Shown here one piece after another: positions 26,297-39,240 of a stretch of DNA of 64,000 nt (the stretch's first letter is position 1; the number at the start of each line of letters is the position of its first letter). The DNA comes from Eledone cirrhosa. Its lineage: Eukaryota. The notes beneath the pieces are model-generated. The model made no database searches, had not been told where the DNA came from, and worked only from the letters and a program-made list of their open reading frames with translations. Where the stretch lies: positions 68,014,001 to 68,078,000 of the forward strand of contig OZ024745.1 of NCBI GenBank assembly GCA_964016885.1. Direction: 5' to 3'. The position numbers and the translations under genes are program-made.

Positions 26297-27421
26297 GTAC
26301 ATCCTTATATGGGAAGATTGTAGTTGTCAAGAGGATTGGTTAACATTTGTTGTAAACACAAATAAGTCTATCATGGCATTTAGTGGGAGGTAGGGGTGGC
26401 TGAACTTGCCTGTAGAACAATAGGGGAGTGAGTGGAGCGGTCAAGCGTTGAAAGTGATATGTATACAGCAGAATCTAAGGATAGTGTATGAAGTGGGGAA
26501 GGGACGTTATAGAATAGGTAAATCGAAAGAGAGTAGGAAACAATAAAAGATACTAGAAAGAAAAAAAAAATATATATATATATATATAAAATTAGATAGT
26601 GAGAAATGAATAAAGAAATCACAATGCTAATTTACAAATACAGGTTAATATGTTGAGAATAGAAAAAACTTATAGAAATTACAAAACAGATACAAACTTA
26701 AAGGGGCTTTTAACACATCTTCTATAAGTAGTTAGTAAAACGTATTCGGCCAATTCTATCTTCAAATAGGTAAATGTATCTCTTTTCTTTTCCTCTTTGT
26801 CTCCTTCTTCCCCCTGTCTCTTCCTATCACTTCCTTCCACCCCCTATTTTCTTCCTCGTCTGCTTTCCCCTTTCGCCTACCCCGATGCAGCCCATCGGGC
26901 CTTGTAGCATCAGTTCCCCCACCCCTGTTATTTTAAGATACAATTGGCCGAATACGTTTTACTAACTACTTAGAGCAGATGTGTTAAAAACCGCTTGAAG
27001 TTTGTATCTGCTTTGTAATTTCTATAAGTTTTTTCTATTCTCAACTTATTAACCTGTATTTGTAAGATAGCATTGTGATTTCTTTATTCATTTCTCACTA
27101 TCTAATTTTATATATATATATTTTTTATTTTTTATTTATTTATTTTTTTAAAAATTTCTTTCTAGTATCTTTCATTGTCTCCTACTCTCTTTCGATTTAC
27201 CTATTCTATAACCTCCATCCCCCACTTCATACACTATCCTTAGAATCTGATGTATACATATCACTTTCAACGCTTGACCGCTCCACTCACTCCCTTATTG
27301 TTCTACAGGCAAGTTCAGCCACCCCTACCTCCCACCAAATGCCATGATAGACTTATTTGTGTTTACAACAAATGTTAACCAATCCTCTTGACAACTACAA
27401 TCTTCCCATATAAGGAAGTAC

Positions 27422-27515
27422 CCCCTTGAAAAGTTCGGCTATTTATTCACCAGGCTAAAAATTCTAATTTAGTCAAGAAATAGCCGTCGAAGCGACTTGA
27501 GCTCTGCCGTCGGGG
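27422..27515 (+). ncRNA. Mirror copy of the family C hammerhead (GAAA changed to GAAG)
   Basis: CCCC-UUGAAAA...GAAG-CGAC...GCCGUC-GGGG. Confidence 0.6.
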
Positions 27516-27592
27516 TCATACTTTTTCCTATTTCCCACTCTACTACCCTGGTGCGTTATGGTCCATTTGGTTCCTTACCACAATTCCTTTGT

Positions 27593-27701
<109 letters not shown>

Positions 27702-27856
27702 GTATATATTTTGAGTATATGCTGGTTGTATACCAACACCTCAGTATGCAGATTGGAGCACTCGACGAAGTGCGCAGGTTGGTTTGGTTACTCCGGAGTA
27801 ATGTAAAATAAAATAAAATAAATAAGTCAAATGTTTAAAATTTGGCTTCGTTTATT

Positions 27857-27911
27857 ACTGCTATATATATTTCGGTGACAGCCATCTTTGGCTGTGACCT
27901 CTTCAGGCAGT
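27857..27911 (-). ncRNA. Canonical type I hammerhead ribozyme
   Basis: ACUGC-CUGAAGA-GGUcACAGCCAaagaUGGCUGUcACC-GAAA-UAUAUAUA-GCAGU; all core nucleotides present. Confidence 0.85.
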
Positions 27912-27922
27912 CCGAATTAGTG

Positions 27923-28130
27923 TGGTAGAGACGAGTACACATGTTGTTGAGGTGTATAACTTTGTCAATACTCTGATATGCCCAGTTCCTGGTTGGGTTG
28001 TTATTTCACTGAGGAACTGGAATCATATGATTCCAGTTCCTCAGTGAAATAACAACCCAACCAGGAACTGGGCATAACAGAGTATTGACAAAGTTATACA
28101 CCTTAACAACATGTGTACTCGTCTCTACCA
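27923..28130. repeat. Spacerless palindrome, 104-bp arms, 2 mismatches
   Basis: Centre aatcat|atgatt at 28026/28027. Confidence 0.95.
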
Positions 28131-28189
28131 TGTGCTGTTTTAAATAAACATGTATTAACGGTCTGTTCTCCGATTTCTTACTTTTCCAC

Positions 28190-28230
<41 letters not shown>

Positions 28231-28232
<2 letters not shown>

Positions 28233-28423
28233 AACAAGTAAGACCCCGACGGCTGAGCTCAAGCCGTTTCGACGGCTAATTCTTGGTCCAGAATTAGCCG
28301 TCGAAACGGCTTGAGCTCAGCCGTCGGGGTCTTACTTGTTCCTATTACCCACTCTACTACCCTAAGTATTGAGTACTTTGGTGCGTTATGGTCCACCTGG
28401 TTCCTTACCACATTTCCTTCGTT
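28231..28423 (+). mobile_element. Family C fold-back copy in (TA)n
   Basis: Inverted arms across 28231-28342, then the conserved terminus. Confidence 0.85.
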
Positions 28424-28503
28424 ATATATATATATATATATCAAAGGTATATATTGAGTTAGAAACTCCAAATAGTCTCTTACAATAAAATAGCTCTAAG
28501 AAA

Positions 28504-28553
28504 GAGATTTTTCCGAGCCGTATATATATATATATACGGCTCGGAAAAATCTC
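28504..28553. repeat. Palindrome centred on (TA)n
   Basis: gagatttttccgagccg-(ta)n-cggctcggaaaaatctc. Confidence 0.9.
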
Positions 28554-28561
28554 CCAAGTAT

Positions 28562-28622
<61 letters not shown>

Positions 28623-28856
28623 TATCTGTATACATACATACATATACACTAATATATATATATATATGTGTGTGTGTCGGTGTTTATATTTGTGTCTATG
28701 CCTGTGTTTATATACAGTAACTTAGGGGTTAAACTAAAAAGAGACTGATAAAATAAATCCCAGATATTGGAATTGATATGATCCACCAAATCAAGGCTGT
28801 GCCCCAGCATGGCAGTAGTCTAATGACTGAAGGCGTAAAAATATGAAATAACAAGT

Positions 28857-28905
<49 letters not shown>

Positions 28906-29119
28906 GGAATGGACCTCCGTCAATTTTGACGAAGAATGTTGCAGTTGTTCGAACAATAGAGAAAAGTAGTAACTCGAATCTTTCAATTTGATGAGATTTT
29001 TGAAATAAATCAGCACCAAGCTGCCAAGTGTATGTTGTGGTAAATGTACTTAGGTGTATATAAATTACAATTTAGCGACATCTATTTCAAATTTTACTTT
29101 TACTGATTTATTATGTAGG

Positions 29120-29428
29120 GAAGGAGCGTGGTTTTGTGGTTAGGGTACTTAATCGTAAGGTCGTGAGTTCGATTCCCGTTGACACGTTGTGTCCTTGCTC
29201 AAGACACTCTATTTCATGCTGCTCCAGTCCACTCAGCTGGTAAAAATGAGTTGTATCTGTAGTTCGAAGGACCAGCCTTGTCACAAATTTGTGTAACACT
29301 GAATCTCCCTGAGAACTACGTAAAGGGTACGTATGTATGTGGAATGCTCAGTTACTTGCACGTTAATTTCACGAGCAGGCTGTTCCATTGAACTGGAACA
29401 CTCGTCATCGCAACCGACGGAGTGCCTC
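29120..29428 (+). mobile_element. tRNA-derived SINE family S2 (CORE-like central segment)
   Basis: A and B boxes, gtgtccttgctcaagacact, tail aaccgacggagtgcc; matches the 60.2 kb copy. Confidence 0.85.
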
Positions 29429-31980
29429 CATGTAGGGAAGGGCATTATCTATGGCTCTTTTCAAAACCTCCAAGTCGTAAAGCCAGAGACCTGACCCGAA
29501 TGCTTGTACAGAGTAGACTCTACTAAAGGCATCCAAGTGCTGGATGTTGAAGTTAAACTGGAGGGCTGTTGATGTCAACCACTTATGTATGACACAGAAG
29601 GGTTTAGACTCAGAACGAAAAGAGCGAAAAAATACAGCGAGACATCTCGTTTCGAGTTCTAACAATTTCGTAAATCTGTTTCTTTGGACTGACCTCAATG
29701 GGATTTGAACTCAGAACGTAGAGAGCAAAATATTAAAAAAAGTGCCTAAATTGCTTCATCGTACGCTCTAACGGTACTGACGATTAGCCACTTAGTTCAT
29801 TCATTAGCCAATCCTACCATTTATACAATTATGACTGATGGAATACCTAAAGTCATCTGCTGCACAAAAAACAATTAGAAAAATAATTGCTAACATAGAT
29901 GATGTAATGAGCAAAAACATTTTAGTTGATCAATATTACACCAAGGGTGAGGTGAAGCAATCATCTTAATGGTCTTCATGAAACTCACTGCATTAAGTTT
30001 TCTTTCATTAGTTTTACGGAGTTATTCCGGTTTCACGCGGCATTAAGTGACTGAAAGTACACCCCCCCCCCCTTACGCAGGATACCAGTACGTCGCAAGG
30101 TTAACCTGGGTCTCATTGAAAGCTTCTGTAGAAGATAATTCTGGCTGAAGAGATATTTTTTTTGTCTGATTTGCTGTGTTAATTACAGAGCGTTGATTGG
30201 TATACTTGGTATATAGTGGATTATGTTTAAAACTTGCTCATGTCGACTTTGTTTTCATTCTTAGGGTACCAACGACATAATGTTCCTGTTAAATACTGAG
30301 GTCGGTGTATCGATATATCAATTATATTCCCTCACTTTGAATGTAAGGCCTTGTGCTTGAAAATTATTAAAAAATAATATATACATATTTTCTCTTCAAT
30401 TCCTTTCATCAAACAACTTAAAATATTTTGTTTGTGGCGAGATCTTCATGTTGTATGGGGAAATTGTCACGTTATGTATATATGTTATCCGAAATACTTC
30501 AGTTTGGTAAAGCAGAACGACAAAACGATGCAAGTATGAATAAATAATTAGCTAATCTAAGTTAATGTTGATATATTTTATAGAGGGTGTATTTTTAAAA
30601 CAGCTAACTGGAACTGATAATGTGATGAGGAAAATAAACATTTGTAGTTCAAGCTCTTATTAATAATATTTTCGATTTTTTGTTTGTTTTTGGCAAGAGC
30701 AAGAAACAACATTAATCTTGCTTCAGTATTTTTATGACCTTACCAGGAAGATATAGCTTTCAATTACCGAAGAAGTGCTGAGAGAATCATTAAATTAATG
30801 TACAAGTTTGTACATCAGTTGGCGTAGAAAAATAGAAATGTTTAGTGAATAAATAACTCTTAGACACTATGTATCTGTTTTGGTACACAATAATTAAATT
30901 ATAACACAATACTCTTAACATATTTAATGCAGGAGGGAAAAAAAGGGTGGGGCTGGGGGGGAGTTAAACTAGAATTAATTCTGAGGCAACGAACATATAG
31001 TATTCAATAATTTATATTATTTTAATTTTTTTCTTCAGACAACTCCTGATATAATGTCCCCCATATTAAATATGACAACAGTAACTTAACTATTGTATTT
31101 TTTCTCAGATGTATGGTGTTTCTGAATTATAGTTTCACAAGTTTTGTTGAAGGAAGACAGCTTGGAATCTGTTTCCAATTCTTCAAATGGAAATAAGTAG
31201 TTAGTAAATCTGAACTCAATATTTTGCAACAGATGCATCGATTTCCCATATCTCAACTTGGCGAATTGATAAGAAACACGAGCAGCATTTTATTTTTCTA
31301 AATACTTATCAATAGAGGTAATTTGATTTGTTGATTGATTTTTGGAGTTATATCGAACCTGTTAGATATTGAGAACTCCTGTAAAATATTTCAAGGAGGA
31401 AGATCGACACTTCTCTTATTTTTAAAAATTTGTTTCTGATATTGTTAATTTGATATATATTTTTTCTTTGTGTTTTACGATATGCTGACCTGAGTAGAAA
31501 CTTTTCTAAGCAAAGTTCACTAAATGTCAAATTTATTTTCATCAATAGTATAGGTGAGGAACAATCTTCAATAAGAAGCGATAAAAATAAAAGGAGAAAC
31601 GAGAGATAAAAAATATTCTAAACAGTTGCCGTGACAGTGAATCAAACACACCCTGTTATCAATTTATTCCAAATTACACTACTTATATGACATATGGCTT
31701 AGAAATTGTTTATCAAAAGCCCTTCTACGTGAAGCAGTAAGCTGGCAGGAAGAACAATTTTGGATATTTTTCATGTTAAAAATATCAATCGGTGACAAAA
31801 GAGAAAGTCACATTAAATTACTCAAATGTTTAGCAGAGAACATTTTTTTTTAGTTTTCCTTCCATAAGAACGAACAAAAAATTAATTCCTTACTTATCAT
31901 TTTTTTTTTATATCATTACGCTAAAGATTTGATCAAATATTTCTTTCGCTATGAGAAAAACGAATCGAGTAAATAAATGG

Positions 31981-32016
<36 letters not shown>

Positions 32017-32469
32017 TTTTTTTTATCCCCGAATTTCATTATTTTAATTTTTGTTTTTGTTCAAAAAGTAATTATATGGTTTAGAAAAACGGTTATCTTA
32101 ACGATTACGAGATTTTGGATACTATTATCGTCACTATCAGGAAGCCAATTTCTTCAAGAATGGGTTATTGAATTAATTTTATAGTGGTTAAAGGAACTAA
32201 TTCTCTCGTTATAGAAAGGATATATACATTAAAACAAAATATGAAGTTGAAGTAAACTTGAACGATTCCTCGTTCATCCTTAAAATATGATTAACACCAA
32301 GAACCATACTTGAACTTCATTTCTCACGTGAACGACATAAAATGAATATATCGTAACAATGACAAAAAATGTCCTATTAATGATCTGACTTCTGTGGTAG
32401 ATGTTAGTGCAAGAGGTACATAGAAAAGAAAACAATTCCATCTTAATATTAACTTGATATTAACTATGT

Positions 32470-32600
32470 GTAAGCATGGATGTGTGGTTAAGGAGTTTGC
32501 TTCGCAGCTTCGTAGTTTCAGATTCAGTCCGCTGCGTGGTACCTGGCAAAAGTGGTTTCTATTATAGCCTCGGGTCAACCAATACCTTGTAATTAGCACA
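32470..32600 (+). mobile_element. SINE family S3 fragment
   Basis: tRNA-like head atggatgtgtggttaag; homologous in reverse to 34735-34880. Confidence 0.65.
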
Positions 32601-32626
32601 TCGTATATATATATATACAGTATATT

Positions 32627-32660
<34 letters not shown>

Positions 32661-32839
32661 GTATATATAGTATGTACCCGTAACTTTCAAGGGAGTGGTA
32701 GGGGTGCCATACTAACATACGGCATTTCTCAGGGCATTTTAAAACATGGCGGAGCCCATCACCCCCCCTCTCCCTCTCTCTATATATATATATATGCATA
32801 TATATATATATAATATATACACACATACATACATACACA

Positions 32840-32945
32840 CCTCGTTTTCGTATTTGTTTTGCAAGATTCTTGATAAGAAATATCGTTACACTTTGCGAGG
32901 GTCATGTTGACAATTAAAACACGCACAAGTGAAGCTTCACTCCAG
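32840..32945 (-). mobile_element. Diverged 3' terminal fragment of the 24.8-25.9 kb PLE family
   Basis: Reverse complement matches tgcgtgt...aacatgaccctc.caaagt.taac.atat...agaatcttgc. Confidence 0.6.
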
Positions 32946-33182
32946 TTCCTATTATTAGCTTGGCAATTAATCCATTCATCAGATGGTTAATCACTGAATT
33001 GGCTATTTACTTATTTTTACTTATTTTCAAAGTTACCCCCCTCCCCTACACGATTCCTCCACGTCTTCACTTGACTTCAACCTTATGTGAATCGGTGTAA
33101 GTTTGAAGTCATCGGAAATGCGCAGCGTTGTGTCAGTGAGAATAATTTAAACACAATGCCAGCAGTTTGGGAAATCAAAATC

Positions 33183-34746
33183 ATCTACCCCGGAGGTCGT
33201 TGGTATATATATAGGACGGGATCTACCCCGGTGGTCGTTGGTATATATATACGACGGGATCTACCCCGGTGGTCGTTGGTATATATATAGGACGGGATCT
33301 ACCCCGGTGGTCGTTGGTATATATATATAGGACGGGATCTACCCCGGTGGTCGTTGGTATATATATACGACGGGATCTACCCTGGTGGTCGTTGGTATAT
33401 ATATACGACGGGATGTACCCCGGTGGTCGTTGGTATATATATACGACGGGATCTACCCCGGGGGTCGTTGGTATATATATACGACGGGATCTACCCCGGT
33501 GGTCGTTGGTATATATATACGACGGGATCTACCCCGATGGTCGTTGGTATATATATACGACGGGATCTACCCCGGTGGTCGTTGGTATATATATATACGA
33601 CGGGATCTACCCCGGTGGTCATTGGTATATATATATACGACGGGATCTACCCCGGTGGTCATTGGTATATATATACGACGGGATCTACCCTGGTAGTCGT
33701 TGGTATATATATAGGACGGGATCTACCCCGGTGGTCGTTGGTATATATATACGACGGGATCTACCCCGGTGGTCGTTGGTATATATATATATATATAGGA
33801 CGGGATCTACCCCGGTGGTCGTTGGTATATATATACGACGGGATCTACCCCGGTGTTCGTTGGTATATATATATATATATAGGACGGGATCTACCCCGGT
33901 GGTCGTTGGTATATATATACGACGGGATCTACCCTGGTGGTCGTTGGTATATATGTACGACGGGATCTACCCCGGTGGTCGTTGGTATATATATACGACG
34001 GGATCTACCCCGGTGGTCGTTGGTATATATATACGACGGGATCTACCCCGGTGGTCATTGGTATATATATAGGACGGGATCTACCCCGGTGGTCGTTGGT
34101 ATATATATACGACGGGATCTACCCCGGTGGTCGTTGGTATATATATATACGACGGGATCTACCCCGGCCGGTGGTCATTGGTATATATATACGACGGGAT
34201 CTACCCCGGTGGTCGTTGGTATATATATATACGACGGGATCTACCCCGGCCGGTGGTCATTGGTATATATATACGACGGGATCTACCCCGGTGGTCGTTG
34301 GTATATATATATACGACGGGATCTACCCCGATGGTCGTTGGTATATATATACGACGGGATCTACCCTGGTTGTCGTTGGTATATATATATACGACGGGAT
34401 CTACCCCGGTGGTCGTTGGTATATATATACGACGGGATCTACCCTGGTTGTCGTTGGTATATATATACGACGGGATCTACCCCGGTGGTCGTTGGTATAT
34501 ATATAGGACGGGATCTACCCCGGTGGTCGTTGGTATATATATACGAAGGGATCTACCCCGGTGGTCGTTGGTATATATATATACGACGGGATCTACCCCG
34601 GTGGTCGTTGGTATATATATATACGACGGGATCTACCCCGGTGGTCGTTGGTATATATATACGAAGGGATCTACCCCGGTGGTCGTTGGTATATATATAG
34701 GACGGGATCTACCCCGGTGGTCGTTGGTATATATATACGACGGGAT
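33183..34746. repeat. Minisatellite, 38-bp core unit (GACGGGATCTACCCCGGTGGTCGTTGGTATATATATAC), about 40 copies with variable TA length
   Basis: Read directly. Confidence 0.97.
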
Positions 34747-34880
34747 TCTATAGTTTCCGAGTACCAAATTCCACTCACAAGGTATTGGTTAATCCGACAT
34801 TACAGTAGAAGATACTTGTACAAGGTCCCACTCAGCGTGACTGAACCCAAAGCCATCTGGCTGCGAAGTGAACTCCTTGG
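34730..34880 (-). mobile_element. SINE family S3; its 3' tail merges with the minisatellite
   Basis: Reverse complement ...ccttgtgagtggaatttggtactcggaaactatagaatcccgtcgtatatata. Confidence 0.7.
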
Positions 34881-35042
34881 ACGCTCACCCATTGTCTTCG
34901 ATGATCGATTACATAAATTGATTTTGAGCTATACTCTCCAGGTATGAAATAGCGCTATGAGGTTTCATTTATGATTCCACCTATATACATATTCTTCTAT
35001 AGAATATGTATTTGGTATATATATATACAATATACCGTGTTT

Positions 35043-35096
<54 letters not shown>

Positions 35097-35101
<5 letters not shown>

Positions 35102-35280
35102 ATATTAAATAAATGGAAACTATATTTATAAAACCATATTTATTTTATAAATATAGTTTCCATTTATTTAATATCATTGAATATTTACTCCAGTAAACTG
35201 TTGAGTGCTCTAAATCAGTTATAAACATTTATATTTATATTTGTCGGATTTCCAACAAATTAAATATCCCTTCTACTTAT
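35097..35280 (+). mobile_element. Family G terminal fragment with fold-back (IR 35097-35179) in (TA)n
   Basis: Homologous to 55890-56030 and 1350-1412. Confidence 0.75.
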
Positions 35281-35283
35281 ATA

Positions 35284-35342
<59 letters not shown>

Positions 35343-35344
35343 CA

Positions 35345-35480
35345 AAGAACAAAGAAAGTGTGGTAAGATACCAGGTGGACCATAACGCACCAGAGTACTC
35401 AATAATAGGAAACGAGCCAGTTCGCATCAAGCTGTCGAAACGGCCGGAGCTCAGCTGTCGGGGTCCTGACTCTTTTCCTA
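35345..35480. mobile_element. Family C fragment with inversion
   Basis: Reversed terminus joined to gtcgaaacggccggagctcagctgtcggggtcctgactcttttccta. Confidence 0.75.
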
Positions 35481-36111
35481 TATATATATATATACACGAT
35501 GATGATGATAATTATAGATATTAGATAAACTATATGCTTTGAATAGACGTCAGTCCTAACGAGGATCAATATTTTCGATGCAATTAAAGGTGCAGCTAGT
35601 CTGTTTACATCAAGTATGGGGCTGTTAGTAAACATCTAGCAAGATTTCCAAAAGATTATACTGTCTGTGATGTAAATCTTCATGTTTCACTAACTCTGGG
35701 TTTAGTTTTGACAAAGATATCGTCTGACGATAAACATAAATGTAATCCTAATCGGATATTCTTAAATCTCGTGTATGTTATTGATTATAAAATCGACAGG
35801 GACAAGGATGATTACAATGTTATGATCATGGAACAAGTGATAGTAATTATAGCAGTCGTAATGTACCACTGTAGAAGCAAATGTAGAGTTGTAGAAGCTA
35901 ATGGAATAATACGGAGAGAAGGTGCCAATTATAGGGTTTTCTACTTATCCATATTAATCTAATGGTAAGATCAGCGAAACACCCACCGGACGTGTTGTCC
36001 TCTCTCTCATTAATTTACAGAAAAGCTGCTGATCACGTGCACGTTTACATATCTTTTCTATTGGATAGAAGCTTGACAGATACATGTTCAGTGAAGTGTG
36101 TGTATGTGTGT

Positions 36112-36162
<51 letters not shown>

Positions 36163-36189
36163 CGTGCGTGCGCGTGTGTGTGTGTGTGT

Positions 36190-36228
<39 letters not shown>

Positions 36229-36403
36229 CTAGTTTTCAGAATCGTTAGAACATCAGGTGAAATGCTTTGTATTATTCGGCCCCGGCTCTCTACTTGCTCT
36301 GAGTTCAAATCCCATCGAAGTCCACTCTATCTGTCATCATTTCGAAGTCGATTAAAATGTACCCGTCCAATACTGGAATTGATTTTTCTTTCATATCTCA
36401 ATC

Positions 36404-36480
<77 letters not shown>

Positions 36481-36839
36481 CGTATCTCCTCTGGAAGAAA
36501 TCGGTTGAATGTAAACCGAAAGAATGGATTGGCTCCGCTAGGTTTACAGTGCCCAGGACACACGTACCCAATGGAATCCTTGTGACTCCATCAGGATTTA
36601 TGCGTTCATACATACGTACACACATATATACATAATACATAATATACAAGGATATATAAGATTATATAATTATACATTATATATATATCAACACAATTAT
36701 AAATACATAAAATAAAAAATGCATATATATGATAATAAACAAACATCCAAGAGATGTTAATATGAATGGACCTGTTATTTTTATCTAAATACATTTTTTC
36801 ACATCAAACCAATCTCATCTCTCATTCTTTCTATCTTAT

Positions 36840-36983
36840 TTCAATTTATCCCATTTCTCATTCTTTCTTCTGATGAAGGACTAGCGCCCGAAACGTTAAA
36901 ACTCTCTTCTTGCAATTTCAAGCGTTAACCTAATATATTCCTTCCATACACTGTACCGATTGTGTTGTTATTTTCGTTTACCT

Positions 36984-36984
<1 letters not shown>
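36840..36984 (+). mobile_element. Family H terminus with minimal HHR-like motif at 36868-36900
   Basis: CTGATGA-AGGactagcgcCC-GAAACGTTA; stem I weak; ends at (TA)n. Confidence 0.6.
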
Positions 36985-37016
<32 letters not shown>

Positions 37017-37023
37017 CGTGAAA

Positions 37024-37062
<39 letters not shown>

Positions 37063-37123
37063 CGTGAAATTAATAAACATTCGTTGTACTGCCTCTCTGT
37101 TTTGTTCCTGTTCAAATTTTTCC

Positions 37124-37170
<47 letters not shown>

Positions 37171-37258
37171 TACCAGGAAAGAATCAGGAAAACAAAATCT
37201 ATACTGCAGTACAAATATCTAAGGGTTTAGAGAGAGCACTGAGTTCATTCTAAGATGA

Positions 37259-37314
37259 CTGGACTGAAGATATGACTAACACATCTTGACATATTCAATG
37301 AAACGTGTATCCAG
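37259..37314 (+). ncRNA. Hammerhead ribozyme motif with irregular stem II
   Basis: CUGGA-CUGAAGA-UAUG...CAUAuucaau-GAAA-CGUGUA-UCCAG, inside a TA-flanked insert of about 250 bp. Confidence 0.6.
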
Positions 37315-37414
37315 AGCATGAGTTGTTAGTGTAATAAATAATTGTATAACGCAACTCACTACTTGGATTAAGTGCTCTACCAACTTTGGATATTTATTAC
37401 AAAATTCAATTACG

Positions 37415-37471
<57 letters not shown>

Positions 37472-37614
37472 GATATGAATATGCATGCCAATTCTAACAC
37501 ATATATATCCTAGAAACGATCGTTAAATAATGAACTTTTTTTGTTTAATATAAGGAACTGTCTCATTGTTTATTCATTATTTGTTTAATATTTTATATAT
37601 ATATATATATATAA

Positions 37615-37975
37615 TACATGTAATCCGAGTTTTTCGAATATTAATAATAACATTCGACTTGTTTGCAATTAAACAAACAAGCCTCATTTTTATAACCATG
37701 TCAGTAGAATGAACCCTTCATTCTTGCTCTTGTGTTGGCATGTAAATAGAACTGCAGACACTAATGTTTCTTCATCAGTACAACCCACTGTTCACCTGCC
37801 AACTGTCAGAGCTAGTGAAAATATATGCTATTCTCTAAAATATACAGTGACTGATCGGCCTGATTTGCATATTAGCAGACTGGCTGATAAGTCAGATCTT
37901 GCATATTAGCAGATCCACTGATCCGCCAGATTTGCATATCAGCAGACTGGCCAGTCAGTTTCCTGTATACGAGCG

Positions 37976-37978
<3 letters not shown>
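37615..37978 (-). mobile_element. Family D copy between TA tracts
   Basis: Reverse complement of about 22905-23275, ending at nearly the same point (ctc.gattaca). Confidence 0.85.
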
Positions 37979-38035
<57 letters not shown>

Positions 38036-38328
38036 AAGGTATGTAATTCGAATGCTGCGACAATGCGAAAGGTGTGGTACAATTTAAGATAAATGTAAGT
38101 AACAAGGCCGTTCTGTTTTATCCCTGTTCTTTATTCAAAAACGATCTTAATTTTCGAGATGAAACCAGAAGTAAAAAACCTTGGAAAATAGAGAAACGTT
38201 TTTAGCTTTTATATGCCATCTTTTCTTTCTGTTTTTGCGGGGCTGAGACCAGTGTGACACCAAATCAGGGAAGTACGCTATGCACGGGAAAAATCAGCGT
38301 GCGCATAGAGGAAGGTAAAAATATGACT

Positions 38329-38376
38329 GACGCTTAGCGGTTTCGGTTTATATACAAGCCGAAACCGCTAAGCGTC
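38329..38376. repeat. Short hairpin palindrome containing GAAAC...GTC
   Basis: gacgcttagcggtttcgg...ccgaaaccgctaagcgtc. Confidence 0.85.
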
Positions 38377-38413
38377 TCCCTACTCTCTCACTCTCTCTCA
38401 ATCTCTCTCTCTC

Positions 38414-38492
<79 letters not shown>

Positions 38493-38560
38493 TAAAATAA
38501 CAGATTAAAGTTTAAGCAAAGAATCGCTGCTTTCACCCATATATATATATATATACATAT

Positions 38561-38638
<78 letters not shown>

Positions 38639-38664
38639 GTGCAAGTGTACATATATATATGTAC

Positions 38665-38714
<50 letters not shown>

Positions 38715-39155
38715 GTATTTATCAGAAAAATAAAGAAAAAATGTTAAAAATATTCAAATAGTTTTCTGCTTAATAAAAACGAATTGTTTGATAAACTTCA
38801 GTCATCTGATTAATGAGAAAATAATTATTGACAATGAAATTTAATACTTTTATTATCTTGGGGACTAATGGGTTCATTGTGATATAAACATAGAATATAT
38901 ATTTGAAGTTGTAAGTTATAGGGATTCAAGATTTAGCTGTTATTTAACCTCAGGTCAGCTATGATCGAGTAGATCTATAAATAAAGGTGTTCCATTCGTG
39001 ACCTAAGCAGCCTTTTTTCAATTTAGATAACTGTGGATTTTCCGTCGGTTCGACGGATGAGCGTTTAGTTGTTCTGTCAATTGAACATACGATTCATGGA
39101 TCAACGTGTTATTGGCTGATTGTTTCAGAAACAAGTCTACCCTGAATCAATGATG

Positions 39156-39240
39156 TACGAGCGTTGACTGAAAAAGTTCATAGACTGGCTATGAAAGAGT
39201 GATGCTAGAGGTGTAAAATCTTGCATGCATTAATTTCAAC
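39156..39240 (+). mobile_element. Possible decayed Tc1/mariner-like terminal repeat
   Basis: TA-CGAGCGTTGACTGAAAAAGTTC resembles mariner TACGAGGG-type ends; no partner end found. Confidence 0.3.

Noticed and set aside
27923-28130. All palindromes being sequencing fold-back artefacts
   Set aside because: Most arms carry mismatches and breakpoints recur at family-specific sites; only the perfect ones need read-level checks
33183-34746. Regular 38-bp repeats resembling a CRISPR array, and long YDGIYPGGRW ORFs
   Set aside because: No unique spacers, no cas genes and a eukaryotic context; the ORFs are translations of a tandem repeat
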